DNA of 60,433 nt, the filler included, from Sluysia triapertura (Eukaryota), in the NCBI GenBank assembly GCA_046118255.1. It is 5 parts of 5 records of this genome, joined end to end, with 100 filler letters (N's around TTAATTAATTAA, not from the genome) between each part and the next. Parts side by side here need not be neighbours in the genome. Positions count along the whole stretch, not along the records: positions 37,206 to 49,169 come from JBJNIA010152050.1; positions 49,270 to 60,433 come from JBJNIA010188067.1; 3 more parts are not named here. One strand, given 5' to 3'. The notes under the pieces were generated by a model. That model was not told the origin of the DNA and ran no database searches. It worked only from the letters and a program-made list of their open reading frames with translations. Both the position numbers and the translations under genes were made by a program. This document shows, piece by piece, positions 38,250 through 52,440 of this stretch. Numbering within the stretch: the stretch's first letter is position 1; every line of letters begins with the position of its first letter.

Positions 38250-38800
38250 TTCTATTCCTATTATGCATAATCTGGATTATGACGTTTCAATTTCTTTGAT
38301 GTGATTTTACTCACCAGCACGTCAAATGATTTTCTTTAAACCAGTATTTCTTTTACAAACTGAAACCTTGTTCACTTACAGCAAAAGTAGATATAAATTT
38401 TCATTTAATTTTTCTAATTTGATTTCATTACTAATTTAAAATTTTGCTTCAGACAATTTATTGCTTAAAATGTTTTTATATTACAAGCAAGCGAGTAATC
38501 TAATATTACTTTGTGCAAACATTGACAAATCAAATTTTGTCCATTATTGTATTATTCCAAAATATAGTTTGTATTAGTTAGAACTTTTGCATCTACGTGC
38601 AAAGTATAAAATTAAGCATTTCGTAGTATTAACATCATATAGGAAAGTTACCTCTATCAATTTCTTTCGTCATTTTACTTTTGAAATAGAATTATTAATT
38701 TCAATCAACGTACAAGTGCAGTTTTTTTACATATTTTGCTTTATCATTTTATCTAATCGTGTTTGAAAAGTATTTAAATGTTTGTAAGTTCCTCAGTTAT
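38250..38800 (-). mobile_element. Possible pogo/Tigger (CENP-B-type HTH) transposase remnant
   Basis: Minus-strand FAVSEQGF...KRN.GL...GE resembles F.AS.GW...FK.R.G....GE; heavily frameshifted. Confidence 0.3.
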
Positions 38801-40744
38801 TGGAAATCGTTATAAATTGTTTTATCTTCATTATCAATTCAGAAATTAAGTTCCAATACTTGCAGTATTTTCAATGCTCTTTTGGTTTATCTTATCAAAC
38901 AAATTATCATATAGTCTCTTTTATTATCAGCGATTATAACGAATAAATAATAAACAATGAAAAAATTGTTTTTAAAAATTTCAATATAAATTTGGGAAAT
39001 CTTTATCAAATTATTACCATAAAAATATTGATTATTTAATTTCATTATGTATAATTAATTATTTGTGTACATAACAATTTTCGAGCATTTGAACATTTTT
39101 GTTTAAACTATTAATAACAATGTAGAACTATCGAATAATATAGAGCCTAAATTTTAAAATACCGTACGCATTATAATAAAATTGTATGGGTACAATTTCA
39201 TAATTCAAATTAATTAGTCTTTGTTCTGAAATGATTATATACTACTATTAAAAAATGGTAGTTTCAGATAATTTTTCATCAATATTGGTGAGATTTCTTT
39301 AAAATGGCTTTCAAGAAACTAATTATTCGATGAAAATATGTTGTAAATAAATGCACATTATATTTATAAATTAGCGAGTTTTTAAAAAGTAACTTTTAAA
39401 GTACATTCCACATTAATATTAAAAAATGTCTAAAAAATTATAAACATGCTTTTTAATTCACATAAAATATTGTAATTTTTTGAGTTTTATCATAATTACC
39501 TCTTTTGTCGCACAATGCAGGTGTCTGATTGTATTATGAAATTATTTACATTACTAACTGATATAGACATTGAATCAATATTACATGCTAATGTTCCCAC
39601 TAGCATTTGATCTAGTTTGTAAGTTGGTAAAGGAAACTTCAATCTTAGCTTATTTTGAGATATACGACTTTTGGAAAATCAACAAATTCATTCATTATAT
39701 TTTACATTCATTATATTTTATATATATATATATATAGCTTAATTACTTCGTCGATAAAAATATAACATTTATTTGTATATCAAAATTTATAATATCATCT
39801 CTATAATGTTTACATCTGAATGTTTTCCATCAATTTTGTATAAATTGTCGTGTTCTTTAATTATGAATATTACATTTTTTGATATGATTGCTGATAAAAA
39901 TTATTTACGAGATTTATAAATATCCTCTATTAGCGTATCAATGTGTAAAATATTTATATCATTAAATTTCAATTCAATTTTATTTTAACTTCATGAGTCC
40001 GGTGAAGAAATACATTTATTTCATTCACATTATTTATAAGCATGAATTTTTAAATTTTATTGCAAATAATATTTTCTTAAAAATTTCCGTTCAAATTTCT
40101 ATTTTTAAACGAAATTTTGTTAAGTTTGGTGTTATGGAAAAAAATATGTTTTATGAGGTAGTTTCTTAGTAAGAATATTTATAAATGTTGAGTAAACGCA
40201 ACACACCGCCGGTTGAAGTAGAACACTTGCTTAAGCTTGGCTGTATTACTGCCGGATGGAGTGATAAGGGTTAATTCTGATACATTTATTAATTATACAT
40301 ACACTGTAAAATATGAAATATGATCTGCTTTATTTTCAAGTTTGTTCATATTAATGATCATTATTCGATCCATCTTGTGCGTTAAGTCAATTAAAAGATT
40401 ACATTCAAGTTTTCAGAGATTTATTATAACCATTAGAATATTGGAGTTGTTGAACAATTTATTTTATTTAAATATTCATTTGTGTTCTACACAATAATAA
40501 TAATCAAATATATATAATAAAATTGTTATTATAATTATGATTCAGATACCGTAGAATGTGGTGATTGTAAAGACCTTCAATTAACTTATTATATGGTTGA
40601 TAATATATTAATTATTATTAATTATTCATTATTTCTTTAATAATCAGCTGTGATTTTATATTTATATTACAAAAATGTTTTATTTTAGACATTAGAGAAC
40701 TTTTTATCATTTCAATCTGAAGAAATTGTTTAAATGTATATTTA

Positions 40745-40806
<62 letters not shown>

Positions 40807-41864
40807 GAGTCATTTTATTTAATGATCTATCGATTTGAACACCTAAGTGTGTTTATTCTATTTTTTGCCTGAACTTTAACAAATTTAATTATTTTAACAT
40901 TACATGAGTCATAAATTACTAAACACTACAAAATACAAAATCAAAGGATATAAACTTTCTTGAAAATAAATTCGAATTAATTAATTAAATTAATTGTATT
41001 TGAAATAATTTTCATAGATTTTATCTTGAACCTAAAATTATTTCACTCAATCATTTCTCAGAGCACATTTGTCAGTAGAAATAAATGAATTTGAGAATTA
41101 CAATGTGTTTGTTGCTTAGAATGAAAAAAATATCTTGAATAATTAAATCATAATAGAAATTTAAGGATGAATATCTGTATGCTTCAGGGATAAATATCTG
41201 TCACAAATTGATGTAAACCGAAAATAATTATAATTACAAGAAAACAATCCATAGTATTATAATTTGGGAAATATAGACATGAGAAAATTACCATTTAGAA
41301 TATAAAGTATTTCACAAGTGAAATTCTAAGAAAGATTAATTATGAATAACATTAATATTTTATTTGATCAAAAATGAGTCTTGAATTTATTTTTATAAAT
41401 TTTTGCTTTTTCGATTTGACCATTTTATTAACCTTAGATATTGTAGATGTTCTTTAATCTTTAAATCTATTAAATTTGTGTTTTATATTTAATTTTTTAA
41501 GTTTTACATTTTCAATTGACACATTGAGATAATAAATAATTGCAAATTGATCATGTGATCATGATGCAACTTTAATACAAATTAAAAAATATTATAAGTA
41601 ACAGTAATATCGCAAATCTCCTTTTATAAATTATTTATAAGCAAAAGTACTTTTTTAGCTTTTTAAGGCTTTTGCAATCATTTTCAAATAAATAATATGA
41701 ACTAAAGGCATACTAATATTTTAACATTCTTGATCCAATGAAATATTGTTAATTATACTAATTATATATTACGTATAAGTTGTACAAATAAATAATTCAC
41801 CTAATAGAATATAGAACTTTTATTAAGCTATAATTTTCAATTTTACTACTAAACACTTCGTACC

Positions 41865-42400
41865 TAAATCTCTGGACAATCCAAAGTATGTCAAAGAAGT
41901 CACACGTTACAATGCTGCTGGGATTGTTCAGTTAGTGTATGGAAAATAGGTTTAAAGGTAAGAGGAATTTAAAATATAAATAAGAAAAAGTGATAAAATA
42001 TCTGAAATATAATAATATGAACAAGTAAATATTTCTAGAACAAGAGTAATAAAAAGTAAAATGTTTATAATCATTTTGAAACCGAAGAATACCTTTGTAG
42101 GTTTTTGAGACCTTTATGAAGACTTTGGATTAACTTTGTAATTTTTTGGACTTTTGAAATGTTCGAAAATTAAAATCATGGTTGATAATATTAATGATAA
42201 GTTTGATACATTAATAATTAAAATAAAAAGTGGAAAAAGGAATCAGAGTAGTGAAAATGAAAACTTCTAGAGCCTTCTGAGTACCTTATAAAGCATTTAA
42301 CAACTTTAAAAGCACGATAAACCTTTAAACTTATAATACTTTAAGTTAAAATAATTAAATGATTAATTAAAATCTTAATTAACTTAATTAAGAAAAATTA
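41865..42400. repeat. Interspersed repeat family R2 copy
   Basis: TCTGGACA..., GAAAAC.TCTAGAGCCTTCT and the end ATTAACTTAATTAAGAAAAA are shared with 57240-57930. Confidence 0.65.
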
Positions 42401-43189
42401 TATTTGTGTTAGGATGTCATCACAACCCTATAAAATAATTCAAAAATGTCAAATGTAACCTTAAAATTATTATAAAATATTTAAATCGTCAAAAAATTAA
42501 TTAAAAGCATATCAAACATCTTAAAACCATTTATTAATTTTTAAAATTACTTAAGAAACAATTATTTTCCAAAAAAGAAAATAAAATTTCTAAAATAGAA
42601 AATTAGCTTCTACAAATAGTTTAGAAGCTTCTGGAATTTTCTAGAATATTTTCGAATATTCCATCTATTTTCATTGGATGATGACTAGTACATAAACTGA
42701 CATCTTATAATGAAAATCGCCATTTTGGTAATCACAAAATTTGGTAATTTTATGCGATCAATTTTGCGTTCTATCAAATTTTTGGTAATTTATATATTTG
42801 ATAAGGGAAATTTTAACTTTTGAAGTTAAAATCATAAACTCCACGTAAATTCTAAGAGCACCTGATTAAATGCGTTAATCTTTAAATTAATTATTTTTAT
42901 CCTTGCAATCTATTATTTTATTTCTAAACTATTTGAATTTTTGTGTTTTTGAATAAATGGATTAGTGTTTTTTACATCATTAAATTATTAAATTATTGAA
43001 TTAAATATTAAATTATTTAGTAATTGTAAGACCCTCAAATTAATTTGGTAGTTACTTTTTTAAGTGATCTTTTAATTTATTCGTTACAGAATTGCCAATG
43101 ATACGTTGTAAGACGTTTACTGTAACCGGACCCTGCTCAAAGAAACCACAGCATTTCTGTGAATAACTTTTGAATGAGGAATGCTATGT

Positions 43190-44261
43190 TAAAATTGTAA
43201 CTATACATGAATGTGTTTTAATGGATATAAGGATTGACCGAGTTCGTGCGAGGAAAGCCTCCATATTGAGCAAAGTCGATTAAAAAGAATCCGTATAAAA
43301 ATGACATTGGTACTATTTTTATCATGCCTCCCAATAATTTACTTCGACCGGTTTCTAAAGATTTAGTGTTTGCTATTCATATAACAGATTATGATGACAT
43401 TCGACATTGTTGCTCAAAAGCAGATGTTTGTAAAAAATGTTGGTCTTTGATGACTGCAGGAATGAAGATATTGCATCGTATTCTAACTGAAGACTTTGTT
43501 TTCAAACATTTTGTGGCAATCATTGTTGGGTTTCTATAAAAGAGAGTTTTTTCTGCTGCTGTACAAGATAAGGAAAATTGTGTCTTGAATATAGAAAAGA
43601 TTAAACCTTTTGAGATTCTAACAATGAATTTAAGAGTAAAGTCTATGCCAAACAAAGCTCCACTAATTAACTCATCTGAGTTAAACAAGGACGATAAAGA
43701 TAAGTGTAAAAATAGCTCGGAGAAGTGCCCAGTGTAGTGATTTCCGTAATGAACAAAAAGCAAATAATATGTTCAAGATTTTAATGTCTGTTCGATCTGT
43801 TACTGTTAATTCAATCCATCGCAAATAAGTCCACGATTTATCAGGTATAGATGTTTGTTGTGAACCATTACTTTGTCCTTAGACAGCTTACCAAGTTGGT
43901 GAATGTACAAAATTCGGAACTAAATGCGTGTATGTACACAGTGTTAATCAACTGTGCATTCCGAACGGATCATCTCATTAGACTTACAGATTTATTCGTA
44001 AGCATTGGAGTAACAACTCCAGAGATACTTGATGACATTATTTTTGTTGGTAATAATAGGATAAATATTTTTTACGATTACATTAAAGATATTTTGACTT
44101 TTGATTCTTTTTCAGATAGTGAAGCGTGGTTATCAGAAAACACTATATGCGGACCAAACTCTATGAAAATTCAACTTTTTAAATTTGATATAATAAATAA
44201 AATTTTGTCTACAGATTCTCATTTACTGTTTATAAACTTCAAATTTTATCATTTTGCTTAA
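43190..44261 (+). mobile_element. L1/Tx1-like LINE ORF2 remnant, multiply deleted
   Basis: KRVFSAAVQDKENCVLNIEKIK...DDKDKCK is homologous to the 48780-49045 translation. Also YTVLIN, LDDIIFVG (YADD-like) and W...KIQLFKFDIINKILST (L1/Tx1 C-terminal pattern). Confidence 0.55.
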
Positions 44262-44489
44262 ATTTAATAAAAAGTAATTTTGTACTACCAAGTTTTAAAA
44301 ATCAAATAAAATCTTCTAAAAGGAATCAACTCATAATCACATTAATACTATTTCAGAAAATAAATTATTTTAAAATATCATACTATATGCCAGTTCTCAA
44401 ATGAATGAAATTGAATGTTTCTTAATGCAGGTACACAGACTTATGTACAGCGTAGCAAGCACTCACAATTCTCTCTTTACAATCTCAAT

Positions 44490-45462
44490 TAGTTGACTGT
44501 CACTCGCTAACAGCAATTGGAACACAGTTGATGGAAAACTGTCAAGGATGACAATTGCCAAGAGCAGAACTGGAAATAATCAATAATGGTAGCACTAACA
44601 ATTTTGTAGTAATGAGATTGGTAATAATAATAGTAAAAGTAAAATAGAATAAATAATAATAATACAATAAAATGAAAAATAGGAATAAAATTAATAAAAA
44701 GAAAAAGAAAACGCATGCATATATGCATCTTTAGTTAATTTAATTTCTTTTTCTTAAAATATTATGTTTTTATCTTTAAATTAAAAAAATGAACACTAAA
44801 AATGAAAATATACTTAATAATGATATGAATGGACTGGAGTAAAATGGATAATAACATAATGAGAACACTTAAGTCTTTTAGCACGTATCCTTCTTTTCTT
44901 TTTAAAGTTTTCTTTATCTTGAATATATTATCTGAATAGAATGTTTAAAATATTTTACAAATCTTTTAACTGTTGCTTAGTTTGGTATGTCTTTTACAAC
45001 ATGATTGTTGAATGAAGAATACGTGTTGCAGAAAAAAATGTAAAAGGAATTTAAAAAATGGAGATGTTGAAAGAAATTTCATTTAGATTATTATAATGTT
45101 TTGGAATAACTTTAAAATATAAATTTAATGATTTTCAATGTTAATGGTTTTAATGTTTTCACATTGTGAACTTAAAAATGTTTTAATGGTTTTTGAAGAA
45201 AAGTAATGTTTGGATGTTGGCAGATTGTGACTTGAAAATGTATTGAAAAGAGAATAGTTTAGTGGATCTAAAGGAGATAAGTTAAAACCGAGGTTTTGGT
45301 AGTTGTGCAATGTTGAAAATTATGATTATGATTATGTTGATATGAAACTATGTATAAAAATGTTTTAATGAATTTTTAAAATGTACATTGTAAACTCTGA
45401 AAGTGAGTGTGGTTTTGTGTGATGGTAGAGTGAAATTTGTAACAGATATAGGTTGGCCACAC
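44490..45462 (-). mobile_element. Repeat family R1, copy 2
   Basis: Ends GGTTGGCCACAC; collinear similarity with 3060-4143, including the distal CTGTCA/TGACA dyads. Confidence 0.6.
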
Positions 45463-46702
45463 TATGCGGTGGCTCAACTCATAATATATAATTTTATTGT
45501 TTCCACAACATACAATTACAACATAACTTATAAAACATACATAACAAAACTTCTAATTTTAATCATTCTGTTACGTCTTTATTTTGTTACTTATAACAAT
45601 AATTTAATAGTAAAGTAAACATAACTTAAAATCTTCCTGAATTTTAATAATTGTTAAAATCTATTATAAATTATCACAAAGAATTTTCTTTACCAATAAT
45701 ACAAATCAATTTATAACTTTAATGAACCTTTATTTCTAACAAATATGTCTTAATTCCTTTATTATAACTTTAAAATAAATAAAATCAAAAGATACAACTT
45801 TAATTATAATCAATATAAGGTAATTGCAATAATATTCTAAGTATTCTAAATATTTTTTGTGTCTAATAAAATTATTATCAATCTAATATTCAAAACTAAT
45901 TCCACAAATCATTAATTCAAAATAAAATAAGAAAAATAAACAAAATGATAATAAAAATAAAAATAAAATATAAAAATAAAATGAAAACGAGGAGTGACGT
46001 AACACTAAGTAAATATTAACTATTTCACGCTTATTCCTTAATAATAATTAAATGTAAATTTCCCCAAAGCAACCAAAAAAACGCTATTTTAATAAAATCC
46101 CCCAAATGTTATATTATTTCAATTATTAAAATAATTAAATTCTAAAATAAAGTAAATTCAAATATTACTTAAAACATGGATATTATCATTTATATCACTA
46201 ATTGTTGCTGTTGTTGTGTGTAAAATCTTTCCAGTATTCCAATTTTAATTCTCTCATCATCCAATCACTTTGAGGTAAACTATCAAACAATCTCTCACAC
46301 AAATTATTAGAATATTCTTTGAAAATTAGATCGATAATAACAACTGTGACAATTACACGGTATAGTTTGACAAACTTTATTAGGTACTAATCGATCAATT
46401 TTTACTTAAATTACTTCTCATATTAAAATAACAATAACCAGCATTTTTAACATACATAAAAATAATGAACTCAATATTTGTTTCTAGTATTTAATTGCTT
46501 TTAAGTTTTTCACACCCAATTTTCTAATGAAAAATGTTTGAGGTTCTTATTTACAAAAAACCATTTTACAGAGATTTCAAACTCAGCTCTAGATTCTCTT
46601 CTTTCATAGCAATCACCTCATATTCAATTCATTATATTTTCATCATTCATCATATTGAGAAAATATATGTTTGATTAAATAATTTAAAGTTATGATACCA
46701 CC

Positions 46703-48239
46703 TGCGATCCTAGTCTTACGTTTTGCGTTAGACTGTATGATTTTTAACGGTTAAGAATGTGGAATAAGACAATGAAGGTAAATTACGAAATTCGATTAAG
46801 TTTATTAACACTTCGTGTTAATCATAACGGAAATTCTATTGAGGAGCCTTAAAACAGTGAATGTTAAATTAGAATATTGATTCGAAATCCACTTCAGAGC
46901 GAGGTTAAATTAGTTTCCGCAGGATAGCGAGTTTAAATTTAAATTGGATTTTACTTACGTTCTTTGTAAATAGAACGTGTAACAAAATAGGACTTTAAAT
47001 ATAAAATAACAACGTAGTAACGAGGATTTTAATAGAAATTACAACTATATAATTTTACAATTTATCGTTGATCTGTTTTAAAAAGATCAAATAAAAGAAG
47101 ATTTTATATGATTACTCCAGATTTGATTTAAAAATTCTTAGTAATAATTAAATTTGATAAAATTTTGATATTAATGGTGTTATAAATGGTGATCATATAT
47201 AAAATTGTTAGACTTCATAAAATGGACTGACGTAAATCGAACATGAGCCTCTTGCTGCTCAGTTCGATGATTAAAAAACATGTATTAATATAATGGTTTA
47301 AGTCTCTTCTCTTTTGTTAATAGAAGTAAGGTAAAATAGAAGTAAAATAAAATAATTATTTTTATTATATTAGCATAAATTTTAATAAAATATTAACTTA
47401 AATATTTTTACATTTTTAATTTTAACTTAAAAAATAAATTTTAAAATTAATATAAATATTTTTCATAAATTTTAAATAAGTATTATTTTAAAAAGATTTT
47501 CTTTATTTCGCAAAGGATTTGGTGATTAAATCAATTAAATTAATTCGAATAAGTTTCAACATGGCTAAGGCCTAATTAATATAAATAGCAATAATTTTTT
47601 AGGAAAGAAAATTTTAAATTTTTAGAAGAAGTAAATTTATTAAAGAAAATCTTTTTACCGAAGACGATTTATTCGCCGTTTCCATGCAAAAGTAATTTTG
47701 TTTAATAATAATATTCATCTTATAGGAGAATATTCAAATCAACTTAAATTCATTAATTTTTTATGCAAGACCTTAAAAAGCCTTGTGATAATAATTTTAA
47801 AATCTGGATGCCACCAACTGAGGTTGAGTCTGCTAATAAATTATTATTTTTATTATAATTTAGTTGATACTTTTGAGCTCCTTTTATAAGTGTTTTGCAT
47901 AAGCGTTATAGTAATTTGTATAAGCGTGTTTAGTAACATACTTTAAGAAATTTATTTAGTTTTTATTATTAAATCAAAATCATTTTCATCAATAGTGCAA
48001 TTTCTAAAGACCTTAAAAGGCTAGAGTAATTAATTAAAATCTTTGAATAACTTTTGTACAAGACCTTAAAAAGGCTTGTGTGATTTATATTTATTGAACT
48101 AGACCTTAAGAAGGCTAGTGTAAAAATAATAACATAATTTAAAGTAATTAGATTTGAAAGAGTTAATTTTCAAGAAGCATAGCTGTGTTTAATTAAGTTT
48201 AATTAAGAGAGTAAGGTTTAATTTCAAGGACTTGTAACA
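46703..48239 (+). mobile_element. Solo-LTR-like element H3 with a 4-hairpin array
   Basis: TG(CGA)...TAACA limits with flanks CACC/TACC (TSD with 1 mismatch, tentative). TATAAATGG at 47181. Hairpins at 47765-48119. Confidence 0.5.
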
Positions 48240-48289
48240 TACCCACTTTAAGTTTAGTCTAAGTTTAAGTTTTTTGATAAGTTTAAATC

Positions 48290-49045
48290 CTAATAGCATA
48301 TCTCCAGAATTGATATAAAGCGTGTGTATTTGGCGAATCGACCCTCAGTTATTTTGTAAGTGCAAGTTCATTTTAAGATAAAACACTTGGATAAGTTTTT
48401 CCTGCAGTTTTTCTTGGAGATCAGCATACTTCGCAATATTTGTAGTTATCTCGAAGGCCAGAATATGATGTTGGCAGATTTATCATATTAGACAAATCTG
48501 TAGACAATTTGTTGTAGTCTATCGAAGGCAGTGCCGATGAGGGTTATGTCGTCAGAATATGTCAGGTATGGAGGAAATTTTAGTGATTTTGATATACTCA
48601 TCATCCGTGAACTGACGACAGATAATTATCATGGACAATGGACATCTTTGTTTCACTTCATGAATGAAATATTATTTTTTACGGACATTAAATTCTTGGA
48701 TATATCATTAGAATATTGTCATTTATGAGGATCAGTATGATGATATACTGAACATATCTCCAAGCCTTTTTACATTCATCTTTGTCATCCTTATTTAATT
48801 TGTAGAGCATTATTTGAAATTAAGTTTAAGCTTGCATTTATTGTTAGTAACTTACAAGATTTGATCATTTTTATATTCAATAAATTATCTTCTTTAGCTT
48901 GTATAGCGGTCATAAACATTCTTTTGCATGGCTTAGAGTAATCATAAACTATACCAGTAACTATTGGTGCGAGCTTTACATTTTGATTTAGATCAATCCA
49001 ATCAATACGACTAATTATATTTCCTCCTACTCGAAAACTCAACAT
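48290..49045 (-). mobile_element. L1/Tx1-like LINE ORF2 remnant, same family as 43190-44261
   Basis: ISRIDWI (end of APE endonuclease), KRMFMTAIQAKEDNLLNIK..DDKDECKK, YLTYSDDITLIG (RT YxDD). Confidence 0.6.
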
Positions 49046-49269
49046 CCCTTGTATAGGGAACTCGTCATACGGTACTCACCATAATTCATCATATAATATT
49101 CACTATAACTCATCTCATATAGTTCATCACAACTCATCACTTAAAAACGATACACGCATACACAAACTANNNNNNNNNNNNNNNNNNNNNNNNNNNNNNN
49201 NNNNNNNNNNNNNTTAATTAATTAANNNNNNNNNNNNNNNNNNNNNNNNNNNNNNNNNNNNNNNNNNNN

Positions 49270-49314
<45 letters not shown>

Positions 49315-50191
49315 TTTATTTTTATTTTTATTTTTATTTTTATTTTGCTTTAGTTTGTTTTGTTTCCAAAATCTATAATTTAACAACAATGAAATTTGTA
49401 ATTGTTTGAAATATTTTTATTTATTTGTCACAGATGATTCCTAAATAAACAAATCAATATGTCTTTCAAATGTGTTGCTTCGTATTTTTTTTAAATTCAA
49501 TATATATATTTTTTTAGTGAATTAAACAAATTAAAATCGTTTAGATTGTTTTAATCAATTTTGCAACTAATATATGATTTCTACTTCCTACTTCTAATTT
49601 ATACAGATACGTTAAAGAAAACTTTTTATAAAAGTACAATCTTGAAAGTTTTTGAAAGTCGCCAAGATGATGGAGCCTCTGTTTACAATACCATGATTGA
49701 GACTACTTTAAATACAAAAATAGAATGCAATCATATTGATTGAAATTAATAAACTAGTAGAAATAATGTTACATTATAGCATTGTTTTGTTTTGTCTGTC
49801 GTGTTTTACATGTGAAGTTCATTCCTGAAGTTGTTTTTCACCAATTTATTTTAATAAGTATTTTGCAATGTTCAATTTCTTCATAGTGTTATTCAGTGTG
49901 CATATTTATTTAATCTCACAATCTAAAACACGACTCGAGCCTTTTTTGTCAACTTGCTCCCATAACTCTTTTAAAATCAAAACCCATTTAATTAAAATAT
50001 TGCTTAAAACTTACAACCGAATTTCTCAATTAACCCACAGTTTTATATGTTCGATAAAACATCATTCACATACATAAATCATTAAATAATTCAATTCTCT
50101 AAGTCGTTTACATCCTGAATAATAATCATTAAATTGTTTTAGTAAACATTGACGACAGTATTAGAAATATTTTTCACAAAATAACACATTT

Positions 50192-51223
50192 TAATGATCT
50201 TTAAAGAATGAAATTCTGAAATTATTTTTCGAACATTCGCAATTTGTAATCTACTTTTAATTTAAAATGATGGTAGATGACTAAAGTCCTTCTGGATTTA
50301 ACTACATTTAATTGTATATCTAAGCTGAAGGCCTAACTAGCATGTATATCTACTTCGTGGTTTATTATTTCTTTAATTTTTTTCTACTTTTCTAAACGTT
50401 AAAATATTTAAAATACAGTATGCTATGTGATTTTTTAACTAGCTTCTTAATTTCCTTAATTTGATTATTAATTTAACTGTGAGCTGTTTTTTCTCATGAT
50501 GAATCTTTGTATGTACAGATGTTTACGACACCGACTGTTATTAAACTTTATTATATTTATTCATATTATTTTAATTTTGATCTCTTTAGTATAACTTATT
50601 TATAACTCGTAGAGATTATGAATAATTCTTGATTAGTAGGTTCAGTATTGTACGTAACTTAAGGCTACTACTCAAAGATTGTAAATATTTTCTGTATTTT
50701 AATCGTGCTTAAGTAAGAAAACCAATAAAAATGAACTGACGAGTCTGCAAGATGGTAAGTCAAATATATGAGCGTAATTTCTCATCGGCGAATAGACCTC
50801 TGTCACCACAATATTTGATAATCAAAAATACCAAAACCGGTCGACGATTAAGGACACCTTACCTGGATTAAATAAAATTCAGTGGTTGTTTTTCAACAAT
50901 AACAATTTATTTACTTCAATTTACGTGAAACCACAATACAGTTGACCAAATAAAATTTGTGTGTAGTTTATAGATTTTTGACTATGAATTTTTTCCAACA
51001 ATGACTTATTGAGATTTAATGATACTAACCTCGATTTTATATTTTTCCTTTATAAAATTGCGTTGCTCTTATAAAACGTTGTAATGATCTTTAAAGAATA
51101 AAATTCTGAACATTCATAATTTGTAATGCACTTTTAATTTAAAATGTTTTATCAATAATGGTAAATGACTAAAGTCCTCTGGAAGGCACCTATACAGGAT
51201 TTAACTACATTTAATTATATATC
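50192..51223. repeat. Pair of ~130-140-bp direct repeats (50192-50320 and 51080-51223)
   Basis: TAATGATCTTTAAAGAAT.AAATTCTGAA...ACTTTTAATTTAAAATG...GACTAAAGTCCT...GGATTTAACTACATTTAATT occurs in both. Confidence 0.85.
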
Positions 51224-51344
51224 AATTAAAAAATACGCACATACATCTAATAATTATACTTTAATTAAAATTAAATTTGAAATATAATAATAATGGTTAC
51301 ATCATCATCATTATTATTATAAAATAAAATAAAATCGTTAGACG

Positions 51345-51415
51345 GGGCTGATAGCTCAGTGGTAGAGCATCGACTGCGCAGACAGAGGTCCCGGGTTCGA
51401 TCTCCGGTCAGTCCA
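51345..51415 (+). tRNA. tRNA(Ala)-like pseudo-tRNA inside mini-LTR copy B (element ends at 51432)
   Basis: Acceptor GGGCTGA/TCAGTCC with G3:U70 and A73, D arm GCTC/GAGC, T arm CCGGG-TTCGATC-TCCGG, then TTTT. The anticodon stem does not pair. Confidence 0.7.
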
Positions 51416-52440
51416 TTTTACGAAGTCTAACATTATTATTATTATGGTTATGTTGAAAATTTAAATATGTAATTTGAAATTACGTTGGCGCATAGTATTC
51501 ATATAAGTTACATTTATATATCAGATTATCATGGATGAAATTTGTAGCAAAAAAGTTTTCTTACTTAATTCCTGTACAAAATTATTTAATCAACGGTTCG
51601 TCTTTAGCATACTATTTATGAGGCGAAACTCAACATATCTATTTGTAGGCAAATACAAATTATCAACATATTAAAATCTACGAATATCTATTACTTCAAT
51701 ACTTTGATATAATTAATAAAAACATATAATGAATAAATACGTTAAAGCTAACACTAAATTAGCTGGGAAATACAGAATGAATTTAAGAAGTCGTAATAGA
51801 AATTAACAGATTAATATTATATCCAAGAAATATTAACGTATTGAATCTTTTAAATTAATACTAATTGTTTAATTTTAATTATAGGTTAAACTATCTTTAA
51901 AAATTAATATATTTTATCTGGATTTTATATTTCCTCCTTCCTTTAAAGAAGAAGAAACTTATAAAAATTAAACATACTACTTGACACGGAAAAAAATTTG
52001 ATGTTACTGAAATGGATCTTGATAAAACGAACGTCGTGAGCCAATTAATTTGATTAAAACTAAGTCGAACTTGATTCGACCAAGTTGTTAATGCCGATTT
52101 ATTGGATTAAGAATTAGGATGAATCTCTTGCACTAGTAGCCGAATTTTTAATTTTGTTGTAACTTATAAGAATGAATTCTTTATGTATTTTTTTGATATA
52201 AAATGATTTTTATGTTCAATTTTGCAAGATATATTATTACTTTATTATTACAAACTATTTATTATTATTTTATTGTTTTTTACGTAAAATTTTATTACTA
52301 TACATAAAAATTCATAAATAATTTTTTATTATTTTCATTATTTACATAAATATTGTGCATTATTATTCCAAAATTTAATTATCATTTTACTGTCGATAAA
52401 CAATCTATCAGTCATTACATTACAAATATAAAGAAATGTT

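Noticed and set aside
39500-39668. Possible minus-strand exon (KLRLKFPLPTYKLDQMLVGTLAC...), and a similar candidate at about 20095-20176
   Set aside because: Plausible splice sites but no recognisable protein or partner exons.
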